Notes: a model not told the origin generated them from the sequence alone. Positions 32,451 through 42,699 are shown, numbered from the stretch's first letter. The stretch is DNA of 63,117 nucleotides from Candidatus Bathyarchaeota archaeon (GCA_043826455.1 JBDRQD010000075.1:1-63117), one strand, 5' to 3'. Numbers and translations: made by a program.

Positions 32451-33044
32451 ATGAGCGAAGAGGAAGTTCAGGTACAGGACAGCGAGATCAGGCTCTTCGG
32501 AGAGTACAGCTTCGAGGGCATCGAGGTCAGAGACATCGGTCTTAAGCGATACCTGAACCTGGACCCCGTTTACCTGCCTCACAGTGGCGGTAGGCACGAG
32601 GCGAGGAGGTTCAGGAAGAGCACCCTCAACATCGTGGAGCGGTTCATCAACGGACTGCTGAAGCCTGGCTCCAGCGGCGGCGAGAAGAGCAGGATAACCG
32701 ACAGCGTCCGCACAGCCTTCACGATCATAGCCCTAAAGACCGGCAGGAACCCGGTGGAGGTACTGGTGCGCGCCGTGGAGAACTCGGCCCCCAACGAGGA
32801 CACCACCAGAATCGGGTACGGCGGCGTCGTGTACAGGCTGGCCGTGGACATTAGCCCCCAGCGCCGCATCGACATAGCTCTCAGGTTCATAAACAAGGGC
32901 ATAGTGGAGCAGACCTTCGGAACACGGAAGGCCCTGGAGGAGGTCATCGCCGACAACCTCGTGGGCGCCGCCAACAACGACGGCAACAACTTCGCGGTCC
33001 GCAGGAAGCAAGAGGTAGAGCGGGTAGCCCTATCCTCCAGGTAA
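32451..33044 (+). CDS. rps7: 30S ribosomal protein uS7
   Basis: 'PHSGGRH', 'NPVEVLVRAVENSAP', 'AVDISPQRR', 'ERVALSSR'. Confidence 0.96.
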   Translation: MSEEEVQVQDSEIRLFGEYSFEGIEVRDIGLKRYLNLDPVYLPHSGGRHEARRFRKSTLNIVERFINGLLKPGSSGGEKSRITDSVRTAFTIIALKTGRNPVEVLVRAVENSAPNEDTTRIGYGGVVYRLAVDISPQRRIDIALRFINKGIVEQTFGTRKALEEVIADNLVGAANNDGNNFAVRRKQEVERVALSSR

Positions 33045-33057
33045 ACCCTTTTCTATT

Positions 33058-33531
33058 TCACTCGTCTGGGGCAACTGGGTCCGGCTGCTCAGGGCCTACC
33101 ACCCCCACTTTGATATCAGCGTAGATGAAGTTCTCTGAAGGGACCGGCGCACCCGTCAACCTCCTCAGCATCAATAACTGCCCAATGTGAGCCATGGCAT
33201 CTGAGAGGGGTCCCTGGAGTATCTGCCGCTCAGTGACGCCCCTGGGTGTCCTGGTTCTCAGGGACTCGTCCAGCCTGGAGAGGGTGACGTAGAAGTGCTC
33301 AACCTCGTCATCCCACGGCTTCATGGGGAAGCGGGTGGCGTCATAATGGACGTAGAAACTGTCCGCATAGCTGAGCACTCCAGTGATGTGATGTAGTATG
33401 CGCCTTGGTGTCCTGACCCCCATGCCCACATCATATTCAGGGTAGTTCCCAGGAGCATCTCTAATGGCTTTGGATGCGTGATATGCTATGGATGCGAGGA
33501 AATGGCGCAGCGTCTCACTGGTTTGTGGCAT
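33058..33531 (-). CDS. DinB-like four-helix-bundle protein
   Basis: 'TPRRILHHI', 'QGPLSDAMAHIGQLLMLRR'. Confidence 0.65.
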   Translation of the reverse strand: MPQTSETLRHFLASIAYHASKAIRDAPGNYPEYDVGMGVRTPRRILHHITGVLSYADSFYVHYDATRFPMKPWDDEVEHFYVTLSRLDESLRTRTPRGVTERQILQGPLSDAMAHIGQLLMLRRLTGAPVPSENFIYADIKVGVVGPEQPDPVAPDE

Positions 33532-33627
33532 GAAGGAAAAAGTTGTTAATGACTATTTTTATTTTTCATTGCTGCTATGCGTGAATTTGATCGTTTCTGC
33601 TACACGCTTTCGTATTTTTAAATTATT

Positions 33628-34473
33628 TTACAGAAGGCTTCCGGCGGCGAAGCCTACCAGCCCAACGAGCATGAGGTAGAGGACCCTGTTCTTCACCCTT
33701 CTGCTGTTCTCCCGGCTCGGGTCACTCGACAGGCTCATGGCGCCGTGGACTAGGCCCAGGTCAGTGGCGGCCACGAAGGGCGTGTACCACAGGCTCACCA
33801 GGCCGAGGTAGAGGGGCACCACGCTGGAGGCCGCAGCCGCCACAAAGAAGGCGGCGGCCACTCTAGATGCTGTCCCAGCGCCCCTGGACACGGCCACCGT
33901 CCTCACGCCGGCGCTTCTGTCGCCCTCCACGTCCACTATGCCCTTGGCCACCTCCCGGCCCGTGTTGCTGAGGAAAGCCATGAGGCTGAAGCTGAGGCTG
34001 ACGGTGAGGTTACCCGTCAGGACGCCGCCGTAGACGAAGGGCAGGGCTATGCATGTGCTCACCATGAGGTTCCCGAGAAACCCCGTGCGTTTACCCCAGG
34101 CCGAGTACATCATCATGACCACCCAGCTGAACCCAGCAACAGCGAAAGCCTGATGGGAGACCAGGTAGCTGGCCGTGAGCCCGGTCAGGCTGAGGACCCC
34201 AGTTAGGGACAGGGCCTCGCTGGGGGTGACCCTGCCACTGGGTATGGGCCGCCCCGGCTCGTTCACGGCGTCTATGTCCCTGTCGTAGTAGTCGTTGACC
34301 GCCATGGATGCCCCTGTGAGGGACCATCCCGTGATGAACGCGTACAGCAGTGGTAAGGGCTCGCCCAGGATGCCGGCACCCCCGGTTATCGCGGCGCCCA
34401 CGATTATAGCGAGACCCAGCATCACTGAGTTCACTGGCCGGGTTATCTCCAGGAGGCTGCCCGCTTTACCCAT
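33628..34473 (-). CDS. UbiA prenyltransferase, likely digeranylgeranylglyceryl phosphate synthase
   Basis: 'NDYYDRDIDAVNEPGRPIPSG', 'REVAKGIVDVEGD'. Confidence 0.88.
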   Translation of the reverse strand: MGKAGSLLEITRPVNSVMLGLAIIVGAAITGGAGILGEPLPLLYAFITGWSLTGASMAVNDYYDRDIDAVNEPGRPIPSGRVTPSEALSLTGVLSLTGLTASYLVSHQAFAVAGFSWVVMMMYSAWGKRTGFLGNLMVSTCIALPFVYGGVLTGNLTVSLSFSLMAFLSNTGREVAKGIVDVEGDRSAGVRTVAVSRGAGTASRVAAAFFVAAAASSVVPLYLGLVSLWYTPFVAATDLGLVHGAMSLSSDPSRENSRRVKNRVLYLMLVGLVGFAAGSLL

Positions 34474-34614
34474 GTTGGATACGGTGAGGCTTCAACGTAA
34501 TAAACCCCGTGAAAGAGCCATGTTACCTGAATCCAGACAGATACACACCCTTCTGCTCCGGAAAAGACTAAAACCCTTCAAGCATACTTCTCTTCATACC
34601 CCAGGGGCGTATCC

Positions 34615-36207
34615 ATGAGCTACTACGAGGAGCTGATAGGCAGGATGGCGGACAGCGGTGACGTGACCGGCGTCCTCCATCTAGCCAAGTGGATACAACG
34701 GAACGAGGGTAAGAACGACAAACTGGCGGAGCTCCTCATAGCCAAGGGGGACCAGCTTTGGCGCAGCTACAAGAACGCCGACGCCGCCAGGCTATACGTG
34801 GCCGCCATGGACCTGGCCCAGACCGAGGAGACGGCGGAGGCGGCCTCCGGCAAACTAAACCAGCTGAGGGCCAAGGAGCCCGAGGCCGAGCCCGAGGAGA
34901 AAGTGGATGAAGCCTGGGCGCCGCCTAGGAGGGTGCTGAAGGTGGTTCCGGACACCGCTGAGAGCCACCTCATATACGCCCAGTTCTTCTCCAGGATCAA
35001 CAGGCCCGCCCAGGCAGAGTACCACTTCACGCGGGCCCTGGGCCACGAGAAGGACAATATAGCGGCTCACCTTCACTACGCCCAGCTCCTGGTAGACCAG
35101 AGGAGGCTGGAGGACGCCGAGGCCCAGTACATGAAGGCACTGGAGGTCGAGCCCGGGGACCCCACGGTCCACAACAATCTGGGTATCCTCTACTACGGCA
35201 TGAGGAGGCTGGGCGAGGCTCTGGAGCACTTCGAGAGGGCCCTGGAGGCAGAGGAGGACGCCACGGTCCACAACAACATGGCCAACATCCTGGTGGACGC
35301 GGGGAAGTGGAAGAGGGCCGAGGAGCACTACAGGAGGTCCCTGGAGCTGGACACCAGAGACTCCAACACTTACAACAACTACGCCCTGTTCCTCTGGAGC
35401 CGCGGCAGGAGCCGGGAGGCGGACGCCTACTTCAAGAAGGCCCTAGAGATCACCCCGGGGGACCCGACCCTCCACAGGAACTACGCCAAGTACCTAGTAG
35501 ACATGGGAAGGTTCAGGGAGGCCGAGGAGCACTACAAGCAACTCTCCGCCCTTGAGCCTGAGCGGGCCGAGACCCACATCAGGCACGGCATAGTGCTCTA
35601 CAGGATAGAGAGGCTGCAGGAGGCTGAGGCCCGATTCCGGAGGGCCATCCAGCTGGAACCTGGGAACGCCGAGGCTCACCTCCACTATGCTGTGCTTCTA
35701 ACCCACACGGGGAGCCCTGTGACCGCCGAGTCCCACTACATAAGGGCGGTGACCCTGAGCCCGGACTCGGCCACCAGCAACCTGGTGTACGCCATCTTCC
35801 TCAGCAACCAGAGGCGGCTGCAGCAGAGCGAGGAGTACTACAGGAAGGCCGTGGAGCTGGCCCCTGAGGCCGCTGAACCCCACTTCTACTATGCCAGGAC
35901 GCTGGCCGACCAGCAAAGGTACCAGGAGGCCGAGGCCCAGTATAGGGCCGCCCTGGAGGCGGAGCCGGAGAACCAGGAGATACACCTCTACTACGCCCAG
36001 TTCCTGGCCAAGGTGGACAGGCCCGCCCAGGCAGACACCCACTTCAAGAAGGCCCTGGAGCTGAAGCCGGACGACGCCAAGGCCCACTTCAGCTACGGGG
36101 TTCACCTGGCCACCCACGGCCTACAGGACAGGGCCCTGGAGTACTATAAGCGGGCCATGGAGCTGGACCCCCAGTACAGGGAGCTCATAAAGCATTTATC
36201 AGCCTAG
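34615..36207 (+). CDS. TPR-repeat protein
   Basis: About 12 tandem 34-aa units (A..HY.RALE..P....H.NYA..L). Confidence 0.9.
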   Translation: MSYYEELIGRMADSGDVTGVLHLAKWIQRNEGKNDKLAELLIAKGDQLWRSYKNADAARLYVAAMDLAQTEETAEAASGKLNQLRAKEPEAEPEEKVDEAWAPPRRVLKVVPDTAESHLIYAQFFSRINRPAQAEYHFTRALGHEKDNIAAHLHYAQLLVDQRRLEDAEAQYMKALEVEPGDPTVHNNLGILYYGMRRLGEALEHFERALEAEEDATVHNNMANILVDAGKWKRAEEHYRRSLELDTRDSNTYNNYALFLWSRGRSREADAYFKKALEITPGDPTLHRNYAKYLVDMGRFREAEEHYKQLSALEPERAETHIRHGIVLYRIERLQEAEARFRRAIQLEPGNAEAHLHYAVLLTHTGSPVTAESHYIRAVTLSPDSATSNLVYAIFLSNQRRLQQSEEYYRKAVELAPEAAEPHFYYARTLADQQRYQEAEAQYRAALEAEPENQEIHLYYAQFLAKVDRPAQADTHFKKALELKPDDAKAHFSYGVHLATHGLQDRALEYYKRAMELDPQYRELIKHLSA

Positions 36208-36283
36208 ATGTGTGTGAGCGTCGTCACCTACACACCGCTATATACAGATCACAGAGATGGAATGGTAAACAAGGTGAATATTC

Positions 36284-37363
36284 TTGACCGTTGAACTAGA
36301 AGTAGTCCCTCAGGGAGTCCCTGATAAGAGCATTGAGGACATCGCACGGGAGGCTACACCCAAGATTGCTATACTCGGCGTAGGCGGCGGCGGAAGCAAC
36401 ATCGTCACATGGATGGACAAGAAGATCATAGGCGCCCGGACGGTGGCACTCAACACTGACGCGAAGCACCTGACAACCAGCAAGGCGGACGAGAGGGTCA
36501 TCATGGGCTACGGCCTCACAGGGGGCCTGGGCTGCGGAGGGTTCCCAGAGCAGGGGGCCAAGGCGGCCGAGGAGAGCGCCCTGGAGATCGAGGCAGCCAT
36601 AGGGGACGCCAACCTCGTCTTCGTGGCTGTGGCCCTGGGCGGCGGAACCGGCACAGGTGCCGCCCCCGTGGTGGCCAGGATCGCCCGCGAGCTGGGGACC
36701 CTTACCATCGGCGTGGTCACTATCCCCTTCGACGTGGAGGGGACTAGGGTGGGCAAGGCCAAGGAGGGTCTGAGACAGCTGGTGGACGTCTGCGACTCCG
36801 TTGTGGTCATTGATAACAACAAGCTCAGGAAGATGGCCGGGAAGCTCCCCGTTAGGGAGGCCTTCGCGGTCGCCAATGCGCGGGTGACGGACTTCATAAA
36901 CAACATCACTGAGACTCTCAGTGTGCCCGGCATCATGAACCTGGACTTCGCGGACATCAAGGCCATAATGATGGGCGGAGGTATCTGCGCCGTCGGGTTC
37001 GGAGAGGGCCACGGCGGAACCAAGGTGGAGGACGCGGTAACCAAAGCCATCGACAACCAGCTCCTGGATGTCGCCGACGTGGGCAAGGCTCAGGGAGCCC
37101 TGGTCCACGTGGAGGGCGGCGAGGACATGACCCTTGAGGACATCAACAGGGCCGGCGAGATGGTTCTGGAGAGCGTCAGCAAGGACGCCCGAGTGGTCTG
37201 GGGTAGCAAGATCAACCCCAACCTGGAGGGCAAGATCAGGGCCACCGTGGTGCTGGCTGGGGTGGACAGCCCCTTCCTCATGAGGCAGGACAAGGGCTCC
37301 GTGATGGTGAGCCAGTCCAAGCCTAAGGTCATTAAGATAAAGAGCCAGAAGGCCGTCGAGTAA
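36284..37363 (+). CDS. ftsZ: Cell division protein FtsZ
   Basis: 'GVGGGGSN', 'NTD', 'GGGTGTG', 'NLDFAD'. Confidence 0.93.
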   Translation: MTVELEVVPQGVPDKSIEDIAREATPKIAILGVGGGGSNIVTWMDKKIIGARTVALNTDAKHLTTSKADERVIMGYGLTGGLGCGGFPEQGAKAAEESALEIEAAIGDANLVFVAVALGGGTGTGAAPVVARIARELGTLTIGVVTIPFDVEGTRVGKAKEGLRQLVDVCDSVVVIDNNKLRKMAGKLPVREAFAVANARVTDFINNITETLSVPGIMNLDFADIKAIMMGGGICAVGFGEGHGGTKVEDAVTKAIDNQLLDVADVGKAQGALVHVEGGEDMTLEDINRAGEMVLESVSKDARVVWGSKINPNLEGKIRATVVLAGVDSPFLMRQDKGSVMVSQSKPKVIKIKSQKAVE

Positions 37364-37380
37364 CCAGTTTTTTCCTTTCT

Positions 37381-39303
37381 TTAATCTTTTTCAAGGCTTC
37401 TCGTGGGGACAGTCACCACCATGACTGTACCCTTCTCCCCCGTCTTGGCCTCAATGGAGCCGCCCGCGGCTTCCACTGTCTTCTTGGCGAAGGCCAGACC
37501 CAGACCGCTGTGACCCTGCTTGGTGGTGTTGAAGGGTTGGAAGAGGCGATCCAAGGCGTGGGGCGGGATGCCGGGGCCGGTGTCCCTGACCTCTAATTTG
37601 GCTGAGCCCTGCCTGGCGGTGACCTTCACCTCCAGGGTCCCGCCGGTGGGCATGGCCTCCACGGCGTTTCTCACCAGGTTCTCCAGCACCCGGGTCATCT
37701 TCTCCCTGGGGACCTCGGTGACCAGGGCGCCCTCGCTGTACACGGTCTTGACCTTGATGTTCCTGGGCAGGTAGCCGGCCTCCACCACGGCCCTCACCAC
37801 GGAGTTGACCTCGGAGAAGGAGCCGTTCATTATGGAGGCCGACACCGTCTCCCGTATCATTTCAGCCACCCTGGATGCGTGGTCGGCGCTCATGTCTATG
37901 CTGGTGGCCAGGTCGGGGAGCATCTCAGGCTGGTCCCTGAGGATGTCTGATGCGTCCTTGATGGACCTAAGGGAGCTCCGGAGCTCGCCCATTATCATGG
38001 CGTCAACCTTCTCGGCGTCGTCCAGCCGCCCCAGCGCATAGTTGAGCCTCACGGCCTTCTCGGCTTCGGCAGCCCTGGGTCCCCTAGACCTTGCCCGGCT
38101 CATGGCGTAGCCCACGTGAGGGCTGAGGGCCTCCAGGAGCTTCCTGTCCTCCTCAGTGAAGTCGTCCAGCTCCAGGCTCTCCACGTTGAGGACGCCCACG
38201 GCCTCCCCGTCCAAGACCACGGGGACGGCCAGCTCACTCATGGAGTTGACGGAGCCCTTGAAATAGTCCTTGCACCCGCGGACGTCGTTCACGAGTATGC
38301 TGTGCTTCTCCCGGGCCGCCTTCACGGTAATGCCGGGTCCGTCCATGGGTAGAGACAGGCCCAGGCGGGGGGCACCCCTTACGTCCAGGGTCTTAAGGTG
38401 ACCGTCCTCTATCACTTGAAACGATAGGGTATGGTACTCGAATATGCCCGCCATGATGTCCAGGACGGCAGAAGCTATGACCTGGAGGTCCGTGAGGCTG
38501 CTCAGTTTCGCCGCCTGCTGGTGCAGGACCTCCAGCCTCTCCTCCATCCGCTTCCTACGGGTCACGTCCCTGAAGAAGCAGAGATGGGCCTCCCTGCCAA
38601 GGTAGCCTATGCCGGTGGAGGAGACCTCCGCCACCCTTATGGCTCCGGCCCCTGTCCTGAACTGGACCTCGAAGAAGGACGCCGCGCTCTTCTTGCTCTC
38701 GGTGGCCTCAAGCTTGACCAGGAGCTCCGTCTCGCTGTCTATTACGCAGTCCAGTATGCTGCGCCCCACCAGGCCCTCAGCGTCCTCGCTGCACATCATC
38801 TTGGTGGCGGCTCCGTTGGCGAAGGCCACCGTGGTCCCCGTGAGTATGATGATGCCGTCCCGGCTCTCATCCACCACCCTGTGGTAGAGCTGCTCGGCCC
38901 GGTACTTGTCCACGTTCTGCCGCACACGCTTGGCGAGCACCTGGTAGTGGCTGGGCTCGGGCTCCTTCTTCAGGTAGTCGTCCACGCCGGCCTCGAAGGC
39001 CAACTGGGCCACCTCCTCGCTGCCCTGCCCGGTGTACAGGATGAAGGGGACCTTGCTCATAGTTCGGACCCTCTGGGCCAGCTCGATGCCGCTCATGGTG
39101 AGCATCTTGTAGTCGCTCACTATGCAGTCGTAGCTGTTCTTTGAGGCGAGCCTCACGGCCTCGTCGGGGTCGGAGACCGAGTCTATGACCACGTCCTTGT
39201 CGATCTCCTCCAGGAAGAGCTTGGTGAACTCCAGCTGGTTCTCCTCGTCGTCCACGTGGAGAATCCGTATGGGTTTTCTCTGGTTCACCTTACCCCCCTT
39301 CAT
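37381..39303 (-). CDS. REC-PAS-GAF-HATPase hybrid sensor kinase-like protein
   Basis: REC 'VDDE..SDYKM', GAF 'SELAVP..GVLNVES', N/G boxes 'NLVRNA', 'DTGPGI', 'GLGL'. Confidence 0.88.
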   Translation of the reverse strand: MKGGKVNQRKPIRILHVDDEENQLEFTKLFLEEIDKDVVIDSVSDPDEAVRLASKNSYDCIVSDYKMLTMSGIELAQRVRTMSKVPFILYTGQGSEEVAQLAFEAGVDDYLKKEPEPSHYQVLAKRVRQNVDKYRAEQLYHRVVDESRDGIIILTGTTVAFANGAATKMMCSEDAEGLVGRSILDCVIDSETELLVKLEATESKKSAASFFEVQFRTGAGAIRVAEVSSTGIGYLGREAHLCFFRDVTRRKRMEERLEVLHQQAAKLSSLTDLQVIASAVLDIMAGIFEYHTLSFQVIEDGHLKTLDVRGAPRLGLSLPMDGPGITVKAAREKHSILVNDVRGCKDYFKGSVNSMSELAVPVVLDGEAVGVLNVESLELDDFTEEDRKLLEALSPHVGYAMSRARSRGPRAAEAEKAVRLNYALGRLDDAEKVDAMIMGELRSSLRSIKDASDILRDQPEMLPDLATSIDMSADHASRVAEMIRETVSASIMNGSFSEVNSVVRAVVEAGYLPRNIKVKTVYSEGALVTEVPREKMTRVLENLVRNAVEAMPTGGTLEVKVTARQGSAKLEVRDTGPGIPPHALDRLFQPFNTTKQGHSGLGLAFAKKTVEAAGGSIEAKTGEKGTVMVVTVPTRSLEKD

Positions 39304-39604
39304 CCGCTCCCCCGCATTATCCTGATCCCTGAATGTGATGGTTACTGGTAGATTCTTTTTATGTATAAAATATATCTCTACTATATATAACCATAATTAG
39401 GGTTAACCTAATCTATTAGGTTTGAAAATATTTTCAGTGAAAATTAATTAGGCTTTTACATTGTCGCACTGATAGGGGAGAGTCACAGTGAACCGGGAAA
39501 AAAGAGACAATATCCCACAATGTTGAGACATTATCATGTTGAATAAAACATTCGGTGGGGGTTCTGCATAAAATAAAATAACACCAGAAACATAGAGACA
39601 GAGG

Positions 39605-40240
39605 ATGAGTAAACAGCCCCGTATCATTCCTGCCGTCATAGCTTCCAACCAGGACGAGTTTGACGCCAGCCTCCGCAAGGTCATGAGCTTCGCCCCCATA
39701 ATCCAGCTGGACGTGATGGACGGCGTGTTCGTGCCCAGTAGGTCACTGGACTTCGACCTCAGGCTTCCCGAGGGGCCCCACTACCAGGCCCACCTCATGG
39801 TGGCCGACGTGCAGAGGTACGTGAAGCGCTTCAGGAGCAGCGCGGGCACACTGATTATCCACGCCGAGTCCCTCCGAGACGTGGAGGCCGATGTGGAGAA
39901 GCTGAAGACTCATGGCGTGAGCCTCTTCCTGGCCCTCAACCCCGAGACCCCCGTCGAGAGGATCGAGCCTGTTATCGGGAGGCTGGACGGCGTCATGGTG
40001 ATGACGGTGAACCCCGGCAAGTACGGCAGCAGGTTCCTGCCCGAGTGCCTGGACAAGGTGGAGGAGCTCAAGGCCCTGAGGCGGAGCCTCACCGTGGAGG
40101 TGGACGGGGGCATGGTCCCAGAGACGGTGAGGCTGGCCCGGAGGAAGGGCGTGGACCTCTTCACGTCGGGCTCCTACATCATGAAGAGCCCTGACCCTCT
40201 AGGGGCTTACAGGGAGCTCGAGGAAGCCGCACAGGGTTAA
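39605..40240 (+). CDS. rpe: Ribulose-phosphate 3-epimerase
   Basis: 'LDVMDGVFVP', 'HLMV', 'MTVNPG', 'VDGG'. Confidence 0.9.
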   Translation: MSKQPRIIPAVIASNQDEFDASLRKVMSFAPIIQLDVMDGVFVPSRSLDFDLRLPEGPHYQAHLMVADVQRYVKRFRSSAGTLIIHAESLRDVEADVEKLKTHGVSLFLALNPETPVERIEPVIGRLDGVMVMTVNPGKYGSRFLPECLDKVEELKALRRSLTVEVDGGMVPETVRLARRKGVDLFTSGSYIMKSPDPLGAYRELEEAAQG

Positions 40241-40698
40241 TGTCTGGGTACGTCTTGGTTGGGGGGTGGCGTGGGATGAACCGCGGCGGGGGGCTTCCTG
40301 TGGTGGTGGAGGGCCAGCGCGTCAACCTCAAGGTCTACAGGCGCATATTCTCCCCCGTCCAGAGAGTCATGGACGACGAGACCTACATACTGTACAGTGA
40401 CACCGGCAGGGAGAGGGAGATCAGCTACAGGAACGCCGAGTACTACGGCCTGGATAACCCCCACAACAGGGTAAGGTTGGTCAAGCTGGCCAAGGCCATG
40501 AACTGTCTCAGGTGCACGAACGCGGGCCCCAATGTGAAAGAATGCACCGTGACCATATGCCTCACTAGGGAACTCAGCGACACCTACACGGATGAGACCG
40601 TGTGGACCCCATTTGACCCGGGCCGGCTGGAGCCCCTGGAGGAGAGGCTCAGGAAGATGCACAGAAAGTCTGAGTGGAGCCGCAGGGTCAGGGGCTGA
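40240..40698 (+). CDS. Hypothetical protein
   Basis: Core-like codon usage, abuts rpe, CxxC motif; start uncertain. Confidence 0.6.
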   Translation: MSGYVLVGGWRGMNRGGGLPVVVEGQRVNLKVYRRIFSPVQRVMDDETYILYSDTGREREISYRNAEYYGLDNPHNRVRLVKLAKAMNCLRCTNAGPNVKECTVTICLTRELSDTYTDETVWTPFDPGRLEPLEERLRKMHRKSEWSRRVRG

Positions 40699-41659
40699 GG
40701 CGCCGCACGACCTGGTCTAGGAACTCGGTCAGCCGCTCCCGGGGCAGCTTGACGCCGCTCGCCCGTTGGTGGCCGCCGCCGAAGCCCTGCAGGGCGCGGC
40801 CCAGCTCCTTGGAGATGTCCCCCAGGTGCTCCTTGAGGTCCCTCTCGCCGCGGAGGCTCACGTTCATGTACTCGCCGTTCTGTTTGAAGCTGATCCCCAC
40901 GTCCACCCCCAGGGTGTCCATGAGCAGGTTGGCTATGGCACCGGTGCTTTGGTCCCCCACGGCCTCCATGACGGCCACCCTGCCCCTGACCGCTGCAGCC
41001 TCGGGTATGGTCTCCTTGATTGCGGCCATCTCCTCCAGGCACCTCACCGCTGTCTCCACTGCCCCCGGTATCCTGTGGGGGTAGCTGTACCTGCTGAGCT
41101 CATCGATGATAACGCGTTTAAAGTCCAGGGTCTGGTCCTTGCCCAAGGCGTGGGTCAGTATCTGGGCCTCGTGCTGCACGAACTTGCGGTCCATCTTGCC
41201 CAGAATCCGGGAGGCCAGAGGCCCCTCCTCAAACATGTCGCTGATGGCCGCGTAGGCTGCCAGGCGGGCGGCCTCCTGACCTAATTGCTTCTTGAAGGTT
41301 TCGTAGACGAGGACGGCGGCGCAGTCCCTGGTGTCCAAGGTGACTGAGACTCCCATCCCCCTCAACTCGTCCATGAGGGCCTGATCCATCTGGTGGTGGT
41401 CAATGATGGTGACCTCCGCGAAGCCCCTAATGCGGCGAAGCTCGGGAGCCAGGGCCTCCCTGATGTTGAGGTCGCAGACGGTGAGGCTGGTGACGGGACG
41501 CTGAACCTTTGAAAGGGCACTGTCCAGGTTGTCGTAGTTGGCCAGGTAGACCTCGCAGCCTGTGAGCCTCTTGAGGAAGGCTCCGCAGGTGAGGCCGTCG
41601 GCGTCGTCGCCGTGGACTATGGCGTAGCTGGTCATCTGTCGTTCTCCGATGGAATCCAA
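40688..41659 (-). CDS. DHH/DHHA1 family phosphoesterase
   Basis: 'HGDDADG', 'IDHH', 'SLRG', 'GGGH..ASG'. Confidence 0.87.
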   Translation of the reverse strand: MDSIGERQMTSYAIVHGDDADGLTCGAFLKRLTGCEVYLANYDNLDSALSKVQRPVTSLTVCDLNIREALAPELRRIRGFAEVTIIDHHQMDQALMDELRGMGVSVTLDTRDCAAVLVYETFKKQLGQEAARLAAYAAISDMFEEGPLASRILGKMDRKFVQHEAQILTHALGKDQTLDFKRVIIDELSRYSYPHRIPGAVETAVRCLEEMAAIKETIPEAAAVRGRVAVMEAVGDQSTGAIANLLMDTLGVDVGISFKQNGEYMNVSLRGERDLKEHLGDISKELGRALQGFGGGHQRASGVKLPRERLTEFLDQVVRRLSP

Positions 41660-41688
41660 ATATATGGTCAGGTACTCCTAAAAAAGGT

Positions 41689-42699
41689 CTAGTATCCCCG
41701 CCTGGGGTCGCAGACGTGGAGGAGGGGCTCGCCTCTGACGTAGCGCTCCAGGTTCTCGGCGAATATTTCCACCACCCGGTCCCCTATGTGGGGGCTGCTG
41801 TGGCTGTCGTGGGGAACCAGAAACACGTTATCAGCTACCCAGAATGGGTGTTCCCGGGGGAGGGGCTCTGTCTCGAAGGCGTCCAGGTAGGCCCCCGCTA
41901 TCCACCTCTCCTCCAAGGCTCTTAGAAGGCTGGGCTCGTGGGCTATCCTGCCCCGGGCCACGTTGATGAAGTAGGCGGTCGGCTTCATGGCCCTGAACTC
42001 CCGCTCGCCCAGGAGGTGCTCCGTCTCCGGGGTGAGGGGCGCGGCCACAACAACGTAGTCCGCCTTCCCCAGCTGCGATGTGAGCTCCGAGACCGGGAAT
42101 ATGTGATCCACGTTGTAGAGGGGCTCGGGGCGCCTCTTGGTGCCTATGACGTTCATGCCGAAGGCCTTACAGATGCTGGCTACCCTGGACCCTATGTTGC
42201 CGACGCCTATGAGTAGGACGGTGCGGCCGTGGAGCTCGTCGTTCCTCAGCTGCCTCCAGACGCGGCCCGCTTGGTCGATGCGCCTCTGTTTGAGGCGCTT
42301 GGCGTGGTCCAGCATGGCGGCCACCACGCTCTCTGCGATGGGTATTGTGTGGAGGCCGGGGGCGTTGGTGAGGATCACTCTGCCGTCCATGATCTCCGGT
42401 GTGATGTTGTCGCTGAACCCCGTGCTGCAGAGCTGGACCCAGAGGAGGCTGGGGGTGAAGAGCCGCAGGTAGTCGGCCCAGTCCAGCTCCCCAGGGTAGT
42501 GGGTGCGGTTACCCCCCTCGGCGAGGACCACCTCGAAGCCCATGTTGTCTCGCACCTTGTGTGCGGGGACCTCGTGGAGCTCTATCTCGGGGCTGATGCC
42601 CTGAAGCCATTTTCTGTGCTCCTCGGTGAGCCAGTTGCCGTCGGGGCGGAGGTCCTGAAGGCCCCTGGGGACGCCGCTGACAGCCACCTTGATGGTCAC
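41689..42699 (-). CDS. D-2-hydroxyacid dehydrogenase
   Basis: 'GVGNIG', 'PLTPET', 'INVARG', 'LDAFETEPL', 'PH'. Confidence 0.9.
   Translation of the reverse strand: MTIKVAVSGVPRGLQDLRPDGNWLTEEHRKWLQGISPEIELHEVPAHKVRDNMGFEVVLAEGGNRTHYPGELDWADYLRLFTPSLLWVQLCSTGFSDNITPEIMDGRVILTNAPGLHTIPIAESVVAAMLDHAKRLKQRRIDQAGRVWRQLRNDELHGRTVLLIGVGNIGSRVASICKAFGMNVIGTKRRPEPLYNVDHIFPVSELTSQLGKADYVVVAAPLTPETEHLLGEREFRAMKPTAYFINVARGRIAHEPSLLRALEERWIAGAYLDAFETEPLPREHPFWVADNVFLVPHDSHSSPHIGDRVVEIFAENLERYVRGEPLLHVCDPRRGY

Noticed and set aside
36296..37108. Long antisense/alternate-frame ORFs over core genes (here and throughout)
   Set aside because: Shadow ORFs expected from GC-rich third codon positions; the opposite frame carries clear family motifs.
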